From NCBI GenBank assembly GCA_022573715.1, contig JACZTL010000005.1, positions 7,265 to 71,264 on the forward strand: a stretch of DNA of 64,000 nucleotides, in the 5' to 3' direction. Source of the stretch: Bacteroidota bacterium. GTDB taxonomy: Bacteria > Bacteroidota > Ignavibacteria > Ignavibacteriales > Ignavibacteriaceae. The notes beneath the pieces were generated by a model. The model made no database searches. It had not been told where the DNA came from and was given only the letters and a program-made list of their open reading frames with translations. Made by a program: the position numbers and the translations under genes. This document shows positions 38,239 through 46,543 of the stretch, in pieces. Numbering within the stretch: the stretch's first letter is position 1; each line of letters opens with the position of its first letter.

Positions 38239-38418
38239 ATAATACCAAGTCATTGTAGATTCAACGGTGGTTTTGTGTTCACCGGGTATTGAGTTAAAGT
38301 ACTGGACAAAGTTATAGTCAACATTTTTAATGTTTTCTTGTTTGACGATTTTCCCGGAAGAACCAACAGTAGTCAAATATGAAGTAAACTTGTGAAGATC
38401 GGTGCCTGTGTAATACAT
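38239..38418 (-). mobile_element. IS110-family transposase gene fragment (N-terminal ~60 codons only)
   Basis: MYYTGTDLHKFTSYLTTVGSSGKIVKQENIKN....GEHKTTVESTMTWYY resembles the IS110 DEDD N-terminus (GxDLHK ... hhhE.T..Y). Similarity stops near 38240. The rest of the track ORF is antisense to the + strand TPR-like segment. Confidence 0.5.
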
Positions 38419-38670
38419 TTGATATCTCCAAAATTTGTTAATGTTATTACTATCATAATTTGTTTTTTACTTATTGGAAATATCAAGTAGATCAAGGTAA
38501 CAGCTTTTTCACTTCCGGCATTTATGGTGTTCTTTAGTTTATTGTAATATTTTTTTAGCCCTTACTAATTCCCCATACCTTTATATTAAGCCTGTATTTC
38601 TTTAATTTTGGAATCAATTAAAACCTAATTATTAAAAACATTTTATTTAAAAATTACTGAAAGGAAATTA

Positions 38671-39120
38671 ATGTTATTAAAATTTCGAATTGCTGTTTTT
38701 ATCATAATTTCGCTGATATTTTCAGCACAATATTCTTTTGCTCAATCGCAAGAAAATAATCCATCAAATATAGAAGTAAACAAAGAACAGTTAATTAAAA
38801 AAAATGCTCAAACAAAGCACGAAATTGACAGTCTTAAAATTGTACTAAAGAATCTTGATGCAAACTTAAAGAAACATTTAAAAGTATTATATACACTCAA
38901 ATACGGTAAGAAAAAAGGAATTAGAATTTCTATTGGAAGCATTTGGAAAGGAATGACTGAGGATATGCTTAATGACAGTTGGGGTAAGCCGGATAGAACT
39001 AATAAAATAAAAAAGAAATGGGGAATTTTTACTCAGTGGTATTACGGAGATATAACATACTTTTTTAAAAACAGTAAATTAATTGAGTGGGAACAAAAAA
39101 AGAAGGATAAAAAAGGTTAA
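38671..39120 (+). CDS. secreted hypothetical protein
   Basis: Signal peptide (FIIISLIFSAQYSFAQ), a coiled-coil-like stretch and a small C-terminal domain (GMTEDMLNDSWGKPD) reminiscent of SmpA/OmlA-like folds. Confidence 0.5.
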   Translation: MLLKFRIAVFIIISLIFSAQYSFAQSQENNPSNIEVNKEQLIKKNAQTKHEIDSLKIVLKNLDANLKKHLKVLYTLKYGKKKGIRISIGSIWKGMTEDMLNDSWGKPDRTNKIKKKWGIFTQWYYGDITYFFKNSKLIEWEQKKKDKKG

Positions 39121-39125
39121 ATCAA

Positions 39126-40112
39126 TTGTTCAAAGTCGGTAAAATAGAAAGAGAAAAAGCCATTTTATTGGCGCCTATGGAAGATGTAACAGACATTTCA
39201 TTTCGATTGATATGTAAAGAACTCGGTGCTGATGTAGTCTATACGGAATTTGTAAATGCAGAAGGATTGATTCGTTCTTCGGAAAGGACGCACCAAAAAC
39301 TTAAAATTATTGAGGAAGAACGTCCGGTTGGAATTCAAATTTACGGAGGAAATACAAAATCAATGGTCGGGGCTGCAAAAATTGCAGAAGAAGAATCACC
39401 CGATTTAATTGATATAAATGCTGGCTGCTGGGTCAAAGGTGTAGTAAAATTAGGTGCCGGAGCCGGTCTGTTAAAAGACCCCGTTTACATGCAGAATTTA
39501 GTGAAAGAAGTTATTGATTCAGTTCAATTACCTGTAACGGTTAAAACACGTTTGGGCATTGACGATAAAAGTATTCAAATATTAGAAGTTGCAAAAAGGC
39601 TTGAAGATGCGGGAGCTTCTGCGCTTACTATCCATTGCAGAACAAGGGTAATGGGGCATAAGGGAGAAGCATACTGGGAGTGGATTCCAAGAATTAAAGA
39701 AGTAGTAGATATTCCAGTCGTACTTAACGGGGATGTATTAACACCACACGATGTAAAGGAAGCGTTTGATAAAACTAATGCAGATGGAGTAATGATTGCG
39801 CGGGGTGCAATCGGGAATCCTTGGATATTTAAAGAAGCCAAAGAACTTATAAATGATGGTTATATAACTACAATAATTGATGAAGAACTTAGAATTAAAA
39901 CATGCTTAAGACATCTTGAACTTGCAATAAAAGTTAAAGGAGAAAGAAGAGCAATATTGGAACACAGAAAATTTTATTCCGGTTATCTCCGTAGTCTTCC
40001 GAATGTATCGCAAATAAGGAAAGCATTAATGGTACCAGTTAGCTATGGTGAGATTGAAGATATTCTTTTAGACTATTCTGAAAAATTGAAAGGTATGAGT
40101 GTAACAGTATAA
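39126..40112 (+). CDS. dus: tRNA-dihydrouridine synthase
   Basis: LAPMEDVTD, IDINAGCW, KTRLG and HCRT motifs. TTG start. Confidence 0.9.
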   Translation: MFKVGKIEREKAILLAPMEDVTDISFRLICKELGADVVYTEFVNAEGLIRSSERTHQKLKIIEEERPVGIQIYGGNTKSMVGAAKIAEEESPDLIDINAGCWVKGVVKLGAGAGLLKDPVYMQNLVKEVIDSVQLPVTVKTRLGIDDKSIQILEVAKRLEDAGASALTIHCRTRVMGHKGEAYWEWIPRIKEVVDIPVVLNGDVLTPHDVKEAFDKTNADGVMIARGAIGNPWIFKEAKELINDGYITTIIDEELRIKTCLRHLELAIKVKGERRAILEHRKFYSGYLRSLPNVSQIRKALMVPVSYGEIEDILLDYSEKLKGMSVTV

Positions 40113-40148
40113 ATTTTAAACTATATTTTTAATCATCTAAATAAATAA

Positions 40149-40739
40149 TTGACAAACCTTACAAAGCATAAAACTGCCAAAATAATTTCAACATTATTTA
40201 TCCCACAATTTTTTACAATTCTGATTTTCCCTTTTCTTGCATTTAATTACGAGTCATTATTATTACAGAAATGGGTGGTTATATTTGCGGCTTTTACATT
40301 CGGATTCAGTGTACAATTATTAACTTATTTTTATATGATAAAGAAAAGAAAAATTAAACCTTTTGACCAAACAGAAAACAATGAACGAACAATTCCTTAT
40401 TTGGTTCAAATCGGTTTTTATTTAATAGGACTTTTTATATTATTATTTTTTAATATTAATCATCTGCTGATAATATTTTGGTCTACTTATATTGTTAATA
40501 ATTCTGTTCTCCTTATTATTAATTATAAGTGGAAAATAAGTTCTCATTCAATAGGAGTTGCACAACATTTTGCGTTGTTTATTTATCTGACGAACCCGGT
40601 TTATGTAGCATTTTTACCTATAGCTTATCTAGTTGGATGGGCGAGAGTGGAATTGAAAGTTCACGATAAATACCAAATTTTAGGTGGATTGCTTTTAGGT
40701 TTTTCTTTAACATATTTACAATTATATGTTCTTTTGTAG
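40149..40739 (+). CDS. PAP2-like membrane phosphatase
   Basis: Five to six TM helices with partial PAP2 motifs: SSHS and WARVELKVHDKYQILGG (compare SRxxxxxHxxxD). Confidence 0.5.
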   Translation: MTNLTKHKTAKIISTLFIPQFFTILIFPFLAFNYESLLLQKWVVIFAAFTFGFSVQLLTYFYMIKKRKIKPFDQTENNERTIPYLVQIGFYLIGLFILLFFNINHLLIIFWSTYIVNNSVLLIINYKWKISSHSIGVAQHFALFIYLTNPVYVAFLPIAYLVGWARVELKVHDKYQILGGLLLGFSLTYLQLYVLL

Positions 40740-40740
40740 A

Positions 40741-40919
40741 GGCTGTCTCAAAAGTTCTAGTTTTTGTGTCATTCCCGTGTAAACCTGTCCGCCGTACTTT
40801 GTATTTTGGAAGGCAGGCGGGAATTTAAAATTCCTAAAATAAAATGGATTCCCACTCCTGTCTGCCAACAGGCATGTCCGTGGGAATGACAATCTCTTAA
40901 AATCTACTGCGAGTCAGCC
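40741..40919. repeat. MITE/REP-like GC-rich element with nested inverted repeats
   Basis: Outer IR ggctgtctc / gagtcagcc (40741-40749 and 40911-40919, one mismatch). Inner perfect IR tgtcattccc / gggaatgaca (40767-40776 and 40882-40891). Internal motifs are ggcaggcgggaat and a hairpin cctgt-ctgcca-acagg. It starts 2 nt after the PAP2-like stop. Confidence 0.55.
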
Positions 40920-40983
40920 ATTACAAAGTTTTTTTGAACATTTAAAATTATAAATTTATATTTAATTAAATTATATACTGATT

Positions 40984-41733
40984 ATGATTTTATACGACAA
41001 ACAAGATTCTTACTCTATTCTTAAGCTTAATAATCCCGAAAAAAGAAATGCATTAAGTCCCGAACTTATTTTGCAGTTTAAAATAAAGTTAAAAGAAATT
41101 AAAAACGATGAAAGTGTTAAAGCACTTATTATTACAGGAGAAGGCAAAAGTTTTTGTGCAGGGGCTGATTTAAAATATTTAAATCAATTAAAAGATTATT
41201 CTACTATTAGAAATCAGAAAGACTCACAAAATCTTGCCGAATTTTTTTTAATGCTTTATAATATGCCTATACCTACAATTGCCGCGGTAAACGGAGCTGC
41301 AATTGCCGGAGGTTGCGGTTTGGCAAGTGTCTGTGATTTTATAGTTGCAGATAAATCAAATTCAAAGTTCGGTTATTCTGAAGTAAAAATTGGTTTCATA
41401 CCTGCTATCGTTTCGATCTTTTTGATTAGAAGAATTGGAGAGGGAAGAGCGAAACAATTTTTATTAACAGGTGATTTAATTAATTCCGAAGAAGCCAAAT
41501 ATTTGGGATTTGTAAATTATTTATCAGACGATGTTTTACAAACATCAATTGATTTAGCTGAAAGATTGTTAAAAAACTCGGCTTCAAGCATGAAAGAAAC
41601 AAAAATGATGATAAATAAAATATCAGGTATGAAAGTTAAAGAAGCAGTTGATTATTGCGTGCAGTTAAATGCAATAAGCAGAACAACAGAAGATTTTAGA
41701 AAGGGGTTAGATAAGTTTTTAAACAAAGAATAA
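40984..41733 (+). CDS. enoyl-CoA hydratase/isomerase (crotonase) family protein
   Basis: FCAGADL oxyanion-hole motif and AAVNGAAIAGGCGLA. Confidence 0.85.
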   Translation: MILYDKQDSYSILKLNNPEKRNALSPELILQFKIKLKEIKNDESVKALIITGEGKSFCAGADLKYLNQLKDYSTIRNQKDSQNLAEFFLMLYNMPIPTIAAVNGAAIAGGCGLASVCDFIVADKSNSKFGYSEVKIGFIPAIVSIFLIRRIGEGRAKQFLLTGDLINSEEAKYLGFVNYLSDDVLQTSIDLAERLLKNSASSMKETKMMINKISGMKVKEAVDYCVQLNAISRTTEDFRKGLDKFLNKE

Positions 41734-41797
41734 CTTTGTAAAACAAAGATGACATCTTTTTAAAAAGATATCATCTTTGCAATTCGAAGTGAAATAA

Positions 41798-42325
41798 ATG
41801 AGCGAAGAATTAAAAAAATACATACGATCTGTAAAAGATTTTCCAATTGAGGGGATAATGTTCAGGGACATAACAACACTTCTAATAGATCCAGTTGCGT
41901 CAAAAAAGACAATTGATGAATTGTATAACCAGGCCAAAGATTTGAATATCACAAAGGTTGTCGGAATTGAATCACGCGGGTTTCTCTTTGGAATGTTGCT
42001 TGCAGAAAAACTTGGAGTCGGCTTTGTCCCGATAAGAAAGCCCGGGAAACTGCCTGCAGAAACAGAATCAGTAGAATATGAATTGGAATACGGAACCGAT
42101 AAAATAGAAATTCACAAAGATGCGATAAATCAAGGGGATAAAATTCTACTGCACGATGACCTGCTTGCTACGGGTGGTACAGCGGAAGCAGCTTGCAAAT
42201 TAATTGAAAAGTTAGGCGGAGAAGTAGTGCAGGTTTCTTTTATTGTAGAACTATCTTTTTTAAATGGGAGAGAGCACATAAAAAAATATGATGTAAGAAC
42301 TTTGGTTTATTATGAAAGCGAGTAA
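41798..42325 (+). CDS. apt: adenine phosphoribosyltransferase
   Basis: FRDITTLL, GIESRGF and the PRPP loop LLHDDLLATGGTA. Confidence 0.9.
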   Translation: MSEELKKYIRSVKDFPIEGIMFRDITTLLIDPVASKKTIDELYNQAKDLNITKVVGIESRGFLFGMLLAEKLGVGFVPIRKPGKLPAETESVEYELEYGTDKIEIHKDAINQGDKILLHDDLLATGGTAEAACKLIEKLGGEVVQVSFIVELSFLNGREHIKKYDVRTLVYYESE

Positions 42326-42341
42326 AAAATAAAAATTCGTT

Positions 42342-43022
42342 TTAAAGCAACTTTCCGTCTTTCATCTCAAAAACATTATCGGCAAAATTTACCAATCCCC
42401 TGTTGTGAGTAACTATTACTAAAGTTTTTTTATACTTATCTCTCAATTCTAATATTATTTTATGTATTGCTTCACTGTTAACAGTATCTAAATTTCCGGT
42501 AGGTTCATCGGCAAAAATTATTTGCGGATCATTAGCCAAAGCACGTGCAACGGCAACACGTTGCTGCTCTCCTCCCGAAAGTTCCGAAGGTTTATGCGTT
42601 GCTCTATTGCTTAAACCAACTAACTCAAGTAATTCACTTGCTCTTTCTTTTGCCTTATCTAGTGATGTGTCTTTTATTAATTGAGGTATAAAAACATTTT
42701 CTTCTGCCGTAAATTCCGGGAGCAAATGATGGAACTGAAAAACAAGTCCTATATTTTTATTTCTAAAAATTGAAAGTTCATTTTCATTAAATTCAAAAAT
42801 GTTTTTGTTGTTATAAAAAACAGCACCTTCGTCAGGAGTATCTAAACCTGCCAGTATGTGCAGCAAAGTACTTTTACCTGCACCTGAAGCACCAACTATT
42901 ACTGTGATTTTGCTTTTTTCAATCTCTAATGAAATTGATTTAAGAACCTCTAATTTTACTTTCTTATCATTTTGATAAGATTTTGAGATATTAACGGCTT
43001 TTATTTCTGTTGTGTTTTCCAT
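42342..43022 (-). CDS. lolD: lipoprotein-releasing ABC transporter ATP-binding protein
   Basis: Walker [18 protein letters not shown] and [10 protein letters not shown]. Last gene of an operon with two LolC/E-type permeases. Confidence 0.8.
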   Translation of the reverse strand: MENTTEIKAVNISKSYQNDKKVKLEVLKSISLEIEKSKITVIVGASGAGKSTLLHILAGLDTPDEGAVFYNNKNIFEFNENELSIFRNKNIGLVFQFHHLLPEFTAEENVFIPQLIKDTSLDKAKERASELLELVGLSNRATHKPSELSGGEQQRVAVARALANDPQIIFADEPTGNLDTVNSEAIHKIILELRDKYKKTLVIVTHNRGLVNFADNVFEMKDGKLL

Positions 43023-43052
43023 ACTAAATAATCAAATTAATAAAATTCTCTT

Positions 43053-44288
43053 TTATTCCCATTTTATTGCTTTAATTGGATTTACTTTTGCTGCTCTTTT
43101 TGCCGGGAAATATGATGCAAAATAAGAAAGAAGCAGTGAAATAAATGTAATTATAATAAAATCAGAAACTATTAACTGCACAGGTAATGCATCAATTTTA
43201 TACCGAGTAGGATCAAGTGAATAAATTTTGTAATTGATTTGTAAAAAACAGATAAAATATCCAAGTAATAATCCTGCTACTGTACCAATAATTCCGATTA
43301 ACAATCCCTCATACATAAAAATTCGTTTTATAGATTTTTCCGTTACACCCATAGAACGTAATATTCCGATATCTCTTTTCTTTTGCATTACGGACATTGT
43401 AAGCGAACCAAGTATATTAAATGTAGCTACGGCAATTATTAAAGATAGAATTAAGTAGGCAACAAGTTTTTCAATTTGCATTACTGTGTACAAATCTTTG
43501 TGAAAATCATACCAGGTGTTTATACTGAAATTCTTCTTTCCAAGTCTTGCAATTAAAAGATCTTTTATGTCAAACGCTTCTGATATATTTGTAAGTTTGA
43601 TATCATAACCCCCGTAAGTATTTTTAAAGTCAAGCAGTTTTTGTGCAGTTTTTATATTTGTAAAAATATATTCTGTGTCGTATTTATTATTCTTCGAATT
43701 GTAAATTCCACTTAGAATAAATTTTTGAGTTTTAGGCATTGAGTATTGTGTTATCGATTTTTCAATCCCCGATGCCGAAATAATTGATATCGTATCACCT
43801 ACTATTGATTGTAGTCTGTCCGCAAGTTGTAATCCGAGCATTGCTGAAGGGAGCGAGTTTTCGTTTCCAATTTTATATTCACCAAAGATAATCTTTGATT
43901 TTATATCATAAATATTTTGTTCATTTGAAATTTGAATTCCTTTTAAGTTTACCACTTGTGTAAGCCCGTCACGATAAGCCATTACTTTCCCGCTTACGAA
44001 GGGTGAGTACCCTTTTACATCGGTTAATTTTTTAATCTCCTTTTCAATATCAATTAGCTTAATAGGGCTTTCTTCGGAAATAATTCTAATTTGAACGTGA
44101 GGATCAAAACTAATTAAGTATGATGTTACAAGAGAGCTAAAGCCGTTAAAAACTGAGATTACAACGATAAGTGCTGCAACGCCTATCATTATTCCCAAGG
44201 TTGAAAGAATTGAAATTATTGAAATAAAATTCAACTTATTTTTCGAGATAACATATCTCTTTGATATAAATCTTTCGAATCTCATCAA
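43053..44288 (-). CDS. LolC/LolE-family lipoprotein-releasing permease
   Basis: FtsX-type architecture with N-terminal FISKRY...KNKLNFISIIS typical of LolC/E. Ends ...NPIKAIKWE. Confidence 0.8.
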   Translation of the reverse strand: MMRFERFISKRYVISKNKLNFISIISILSTLGIMIGVAALIVVISVFNGFSSLVTSYLISFDPHVQIRIISEESPIKLIDIEKEIKKLTDVKGYSPFVSGKVMAYRDGLTQVVNLKGIQISNEQNIYDIKSKIIFGEYKIGNENSLPSAMLGLQLADRLQSIVGDTISIISASGIEKSITQYSMPKTQKFILSGIYNSKNNKYDTEYIFTNIKTAQKLLDFKNTYGGYDIKLTNISEAFDIKDLLIARLGKKNFSINTWYDFHKDLYTVMQIEKLVAYLILSLIIAVATFNILGSLTMSVMQKKRDIGILRSMGVTEKSIKRIFMYEGLLIGIIGTVAGLLLGYFICFLQINYKIYSLDPTRYKIDALPVQLIVSDFIIITFISLLLSYFASYFPAKRAAKVNPIKAIKWE

Positions 44289-45502
44289 TTAAATCTCAAA
44301 GTTTTTATAGGATCAATTTTGGAAGCTATATAGCTTGGAATTACTGAAGAAACTAAACAAAGAAGTAAAGTTGTAAAAGAAACTCCGAGAAAAATCAAAG
44401 GTGATAATTGAATAGGTACTGATGACATTAAATAGACAGATGAAGGAATTGAAATTAAATCATAATGGAGTTGAAGATATCCTAGCACAAAAGCCAAAAG
44501 ATTGCCCAAAAGAATACCGACAACCGATAAAATAGATCCGTTGTATAAAAATATTTTTATTATCTGTTTTCTGTTTGCACCAATTGAACGCAAGACACCA
44601 AGTGACGATGTTTTTTCCAAAACCATAATTAGTAATGTACCGACTATATTAAAAACTGCAACAAGAATAATCAGCGTCAAAATAATGGGAATGGGTTTCT
44701 TTTGTAAATCGATCCAAGTAAAGATATTCCTATGCGTCTGATAAATAGTACGTACTCTATTCGGATACCGCAGTACTTTTTCAAGTATATTTTTTGTTGA
44801 ATCAATTTGACTGGCATTATTTAGTCTTATATCTATTCCGGAGATTTGGTTATTTAAATTAAACAAATCCTGTGCATCATTTAAAGAAACATACACATTG
44901 AGATCATCATATGCGGACATCCCGCTTTCATAAATACCTACTATTTGAAATCTTTCTATATTTGGAGGATTATCCGGTGAGGGAAGTTTGTCATTACTGA
45001 GAGCAAATATAATTACGTAGTCTTCCAATTTAGCCAATAATTTCTCTGCTAATTTCTTACCGATAATAAGATGATTTTTATTTCCCTCTTTTATAAATTC
45101 ACCTTCAATAATATCACTTTTTATTCCGTTCCAATTGTCCTGCAGTCTTATTCCCTTAATGCTTACACCTTCTTTTCTTTTCTTTTTGCTGATTATTGCT
45201 AATTGGGATAAGTAAGGCTGCATTGAGTTGATCTTTGTATTTAGTAAATTTTGAATTTTGTTAAATTCATTTTTGTATTCAGGGATAGTTCCGCTATAAG
45301 ATGTTATTTGAATATGGGAATCAAAATCCATTACTTTGTATGTAATTGTATTTTCAAAACCTTTTAATATGCTTAAAGCAATAATTAATGTAGCCACGCC
45401 TAAAGCAATTCCCGAAATAGTTATTCCGGAGATAAAAGAAATAAATTTAGATTCTTTACGGGAGAAGATATATTTTTTAGCAATAAAAAAGGAAAATGAC
45501 AT
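44285..45502 (-). CDS. LolC/LolE-family lipoprotein-releasing permease (paralog)
   Basis: FIAKKYIFSRKESKFISFISGI..., an FtsX C-terminal bundle, and a 4-nt overlap with the downstream paralog. Confidence 0.8.
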   Translation of the reverse strand: MSFSFFIAKKYIFSRKESKFISFISGITISGIALGVATLIIALSILKGFENTITYKVMDFDSHIQITSYSGTIPEYKNEFNKIQNLLNTKINSMQPYLSQLAIISKKKRKEGVSIKGIRLQDNWNGIKSDIIEGEFIKEGNKNHLIIGKKLAEKLLAKLEDYVIIFALSNDKLPSPDNPPNIERFQIVGIYESGMSAYDDLNVYVSLNDAQDLFNLNNQISGIDIRLNNASQIDSTKNILEKVLRYPNRVRTIYQTHRNIFTWIDLQKKPIPIILTLIILVAVFNIVGTLLIMVLEKTSSLGVLRSIGANRKQIIKIFLYNGSILSVVGILLGNLLAFVLGYLQLHYDLISIPSSVYLMSSVPIQLSPLIFLGVSFTTLLLCLVSSVIPSYIASKIDPIKTLRFN

Positions 45503-45708
45503 TTTGGTAATTAATTATTTTATTATTCCGAATAATTTAATAAAAGAATATCATAAACACTTTGGATTTTTTTAAACTTTTATATTGAATTATAGCTGCT
45601 TTATAAATAGTTTTGACAGAAAAAATTGTTTTAAAAGTAATTAAACTTTATATTTGTTATTCTTATTTTTCAAGAAAGTTCCTATAATTCTGCAGAAAAT
45701 ATAACAAA

Positions 45709-45783
45709 CGGGGCGTAGCGTAGTCCGGTTATCGCGCCTGCTTTGGGAGCAGGAGGTCGCAAGTTCGAATCTTGCCGCCCCGA
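45709..45783 (+). tRNA. tRNA-Pro (anticodon UGG)
   Basis: Acceptor cggggcg/cgccccg. Anticodon stem cctgc/gcagg with loop tTTGGga. T-arm gcaagttcgaatcttgc. Confidence 0.9.
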
Positions 45784-45807
45784 CAAAGTTTTTTTGAAAT
45801 GTTGGAT

Positions 45808-45877
45808 GTTATCGCGTCCCGATGGTATCGGGAAGGTCACAAGTTTCCGTCAAAAGCCAGACTGCCCCGACAAAGTT
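45808..45877 (+). pseudogene. decayed partial duplicate of tRNA-Pro
   Basis: gttatcgcg...aggtcacaagttt...gccccgacaaagtt aligns with the D-loop, T-arm and 3' end of the upstream tRNA-Pro. It lacks the 5' acceptor strand, and its anticodon arm is replaced by tcccgat-ggt-atcggga (3-nt loop). Confidence 0.55.
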
Positions 45878-45916
45878 CTTATATATTTTTTAATGTTAGA
45901 TGATTTTTGCTAACCT

Positions 45917-45990
45917 GCGCCCGTAGCTCAATCGGATAGAGCAACAGCCTTCTAAGCTGTAGGTTAGTGGTTCGAGTCCACTCGGGCGTA
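45917..45990 (+). tRNA. tRNA-Arg (anticodon UCU)
   Basis: Acceptor gcgcccg/cgggcgt. Anticodon stem acagc/gctgt with loop cTTCTaa. T-arm gtggttcgagtccac. Confidence 0.9.
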
Positions 45991-46050
45991 CAAAGCATAT
46001 TTTTTGGATATACTTTTTTATATATTTATAAAAGAATCAATATTTAATAT

Positions 46051-46124
46051 GGTGGGCGTAGCTCAGTCGGTAGAGCATCAGGTTGTGGCCCTGAGGGTCG
46101 TGGGTTCAATCCCCATCGCTCACC
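46051..46124 (+). tRNA. tRNA-His (anticodon GUG) with encoded G-1
   Basis: An extra 5' G pairs with C73. Anticodon stem tcagg/cctga with loop tTGTGgc. T-arm gtgggttcaatcccc. Confidence 0.9.
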
Positions 46125-46147
46125 CTCCAATTATATATTTTTAATTA

Positions 46148-46219
46148 GGCCCCATCGTCTAATGGTTAGGACCTCGCCCTTTCACGGCGGTAATAGGGGT
46201 TCAAATCCCCTTGGGGTCA
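46148..46219 (+). tRNA. tRNA-Glu (anticodon UUC)
   Basis: Acceptor ggcccca/tggggtc. Anticodon loop cTTTCac. T-arm ggggttcaaatcccc. Confidence 0.9.
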
Positions 46220-46222
46220 CAT

Positions 46223-46261
46223 AGCCCTTTTGATTATTCTTTAATCTTGAGGGCTTTTTTT
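46223..46261 (+). terminator. putative terminator of the tRNA cluster
   Basis: agccct...agggct stem with an inner gatt/aatc pairing, followed by a T7 run. Confidence 0.45.
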
Positions 46262-46543
46262 ATGACTTCCCGTTATCATTATAAAAAATGGATTTGCTTA
46301 TTAGTTTGCACATGATATCTTTTCAAACGCCAATTATGCTTTCGGCAACTTTATAAGTAATACTAAGTATTTTGAGATTTATTTGTACAAATTATAAGGG
46401 GTTAATTAAATAATCATTTTCGTTGCCCATAGTTTCAAACCACCTTTGGGGGATTGTAATATCTATTACACTTTTTATCTCAATTTGATATTAAATTCAA
46501 AATAGAATTATCTTATATTATTAATAAATTCTATTTAGGTCTT

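Larger units (their letters stand above)
35641..38239 (+). pseudogene. disrupted gene: TM anchor + P-loop NTPase + 8 PPR-like repeats + TPR-like tail
   Basis: Three collinear segments. (1) 35641-35805 encodes MDTLQKS...IIFWSLLAIILIPLAVHYLQNRKEKKK and ends just after an A10 run. (2) The next frame is open from 35741 and holds Walker A GAPLRGKT at 35939-35962, upstream of the first ATG (35969). (3) After a single in-frame TAA (37823) the same frame continues for 138 codons with no start codon. Confidence 0.7.

Noticed and set aside
38038-38418. 126-aa minus-strand ORF taken as a single gene
   Set aside because: Only the first ~60 codons look like an IS110 transposase N-terminus. The rest is antisense to the + strand TPR-like segment, so the ORF is a chimera and not a real 126-aa protein.
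41719-41952. 77-aa minus-strand ORF bridging the crotonase end and the apt start
   Set aside because: It overlaps two well-supported + strand genes and has no motif support.
45613-45688. Sigma70-like promoter for the tRNA cluster (TTGACA at 45613, TATAAT at 45683)
   Set aside because: The two hexamers are not at a compatible 16-18 nt spacing from each other. Promoter consensus for this lineage is unknown, so I did not list it as a feature.
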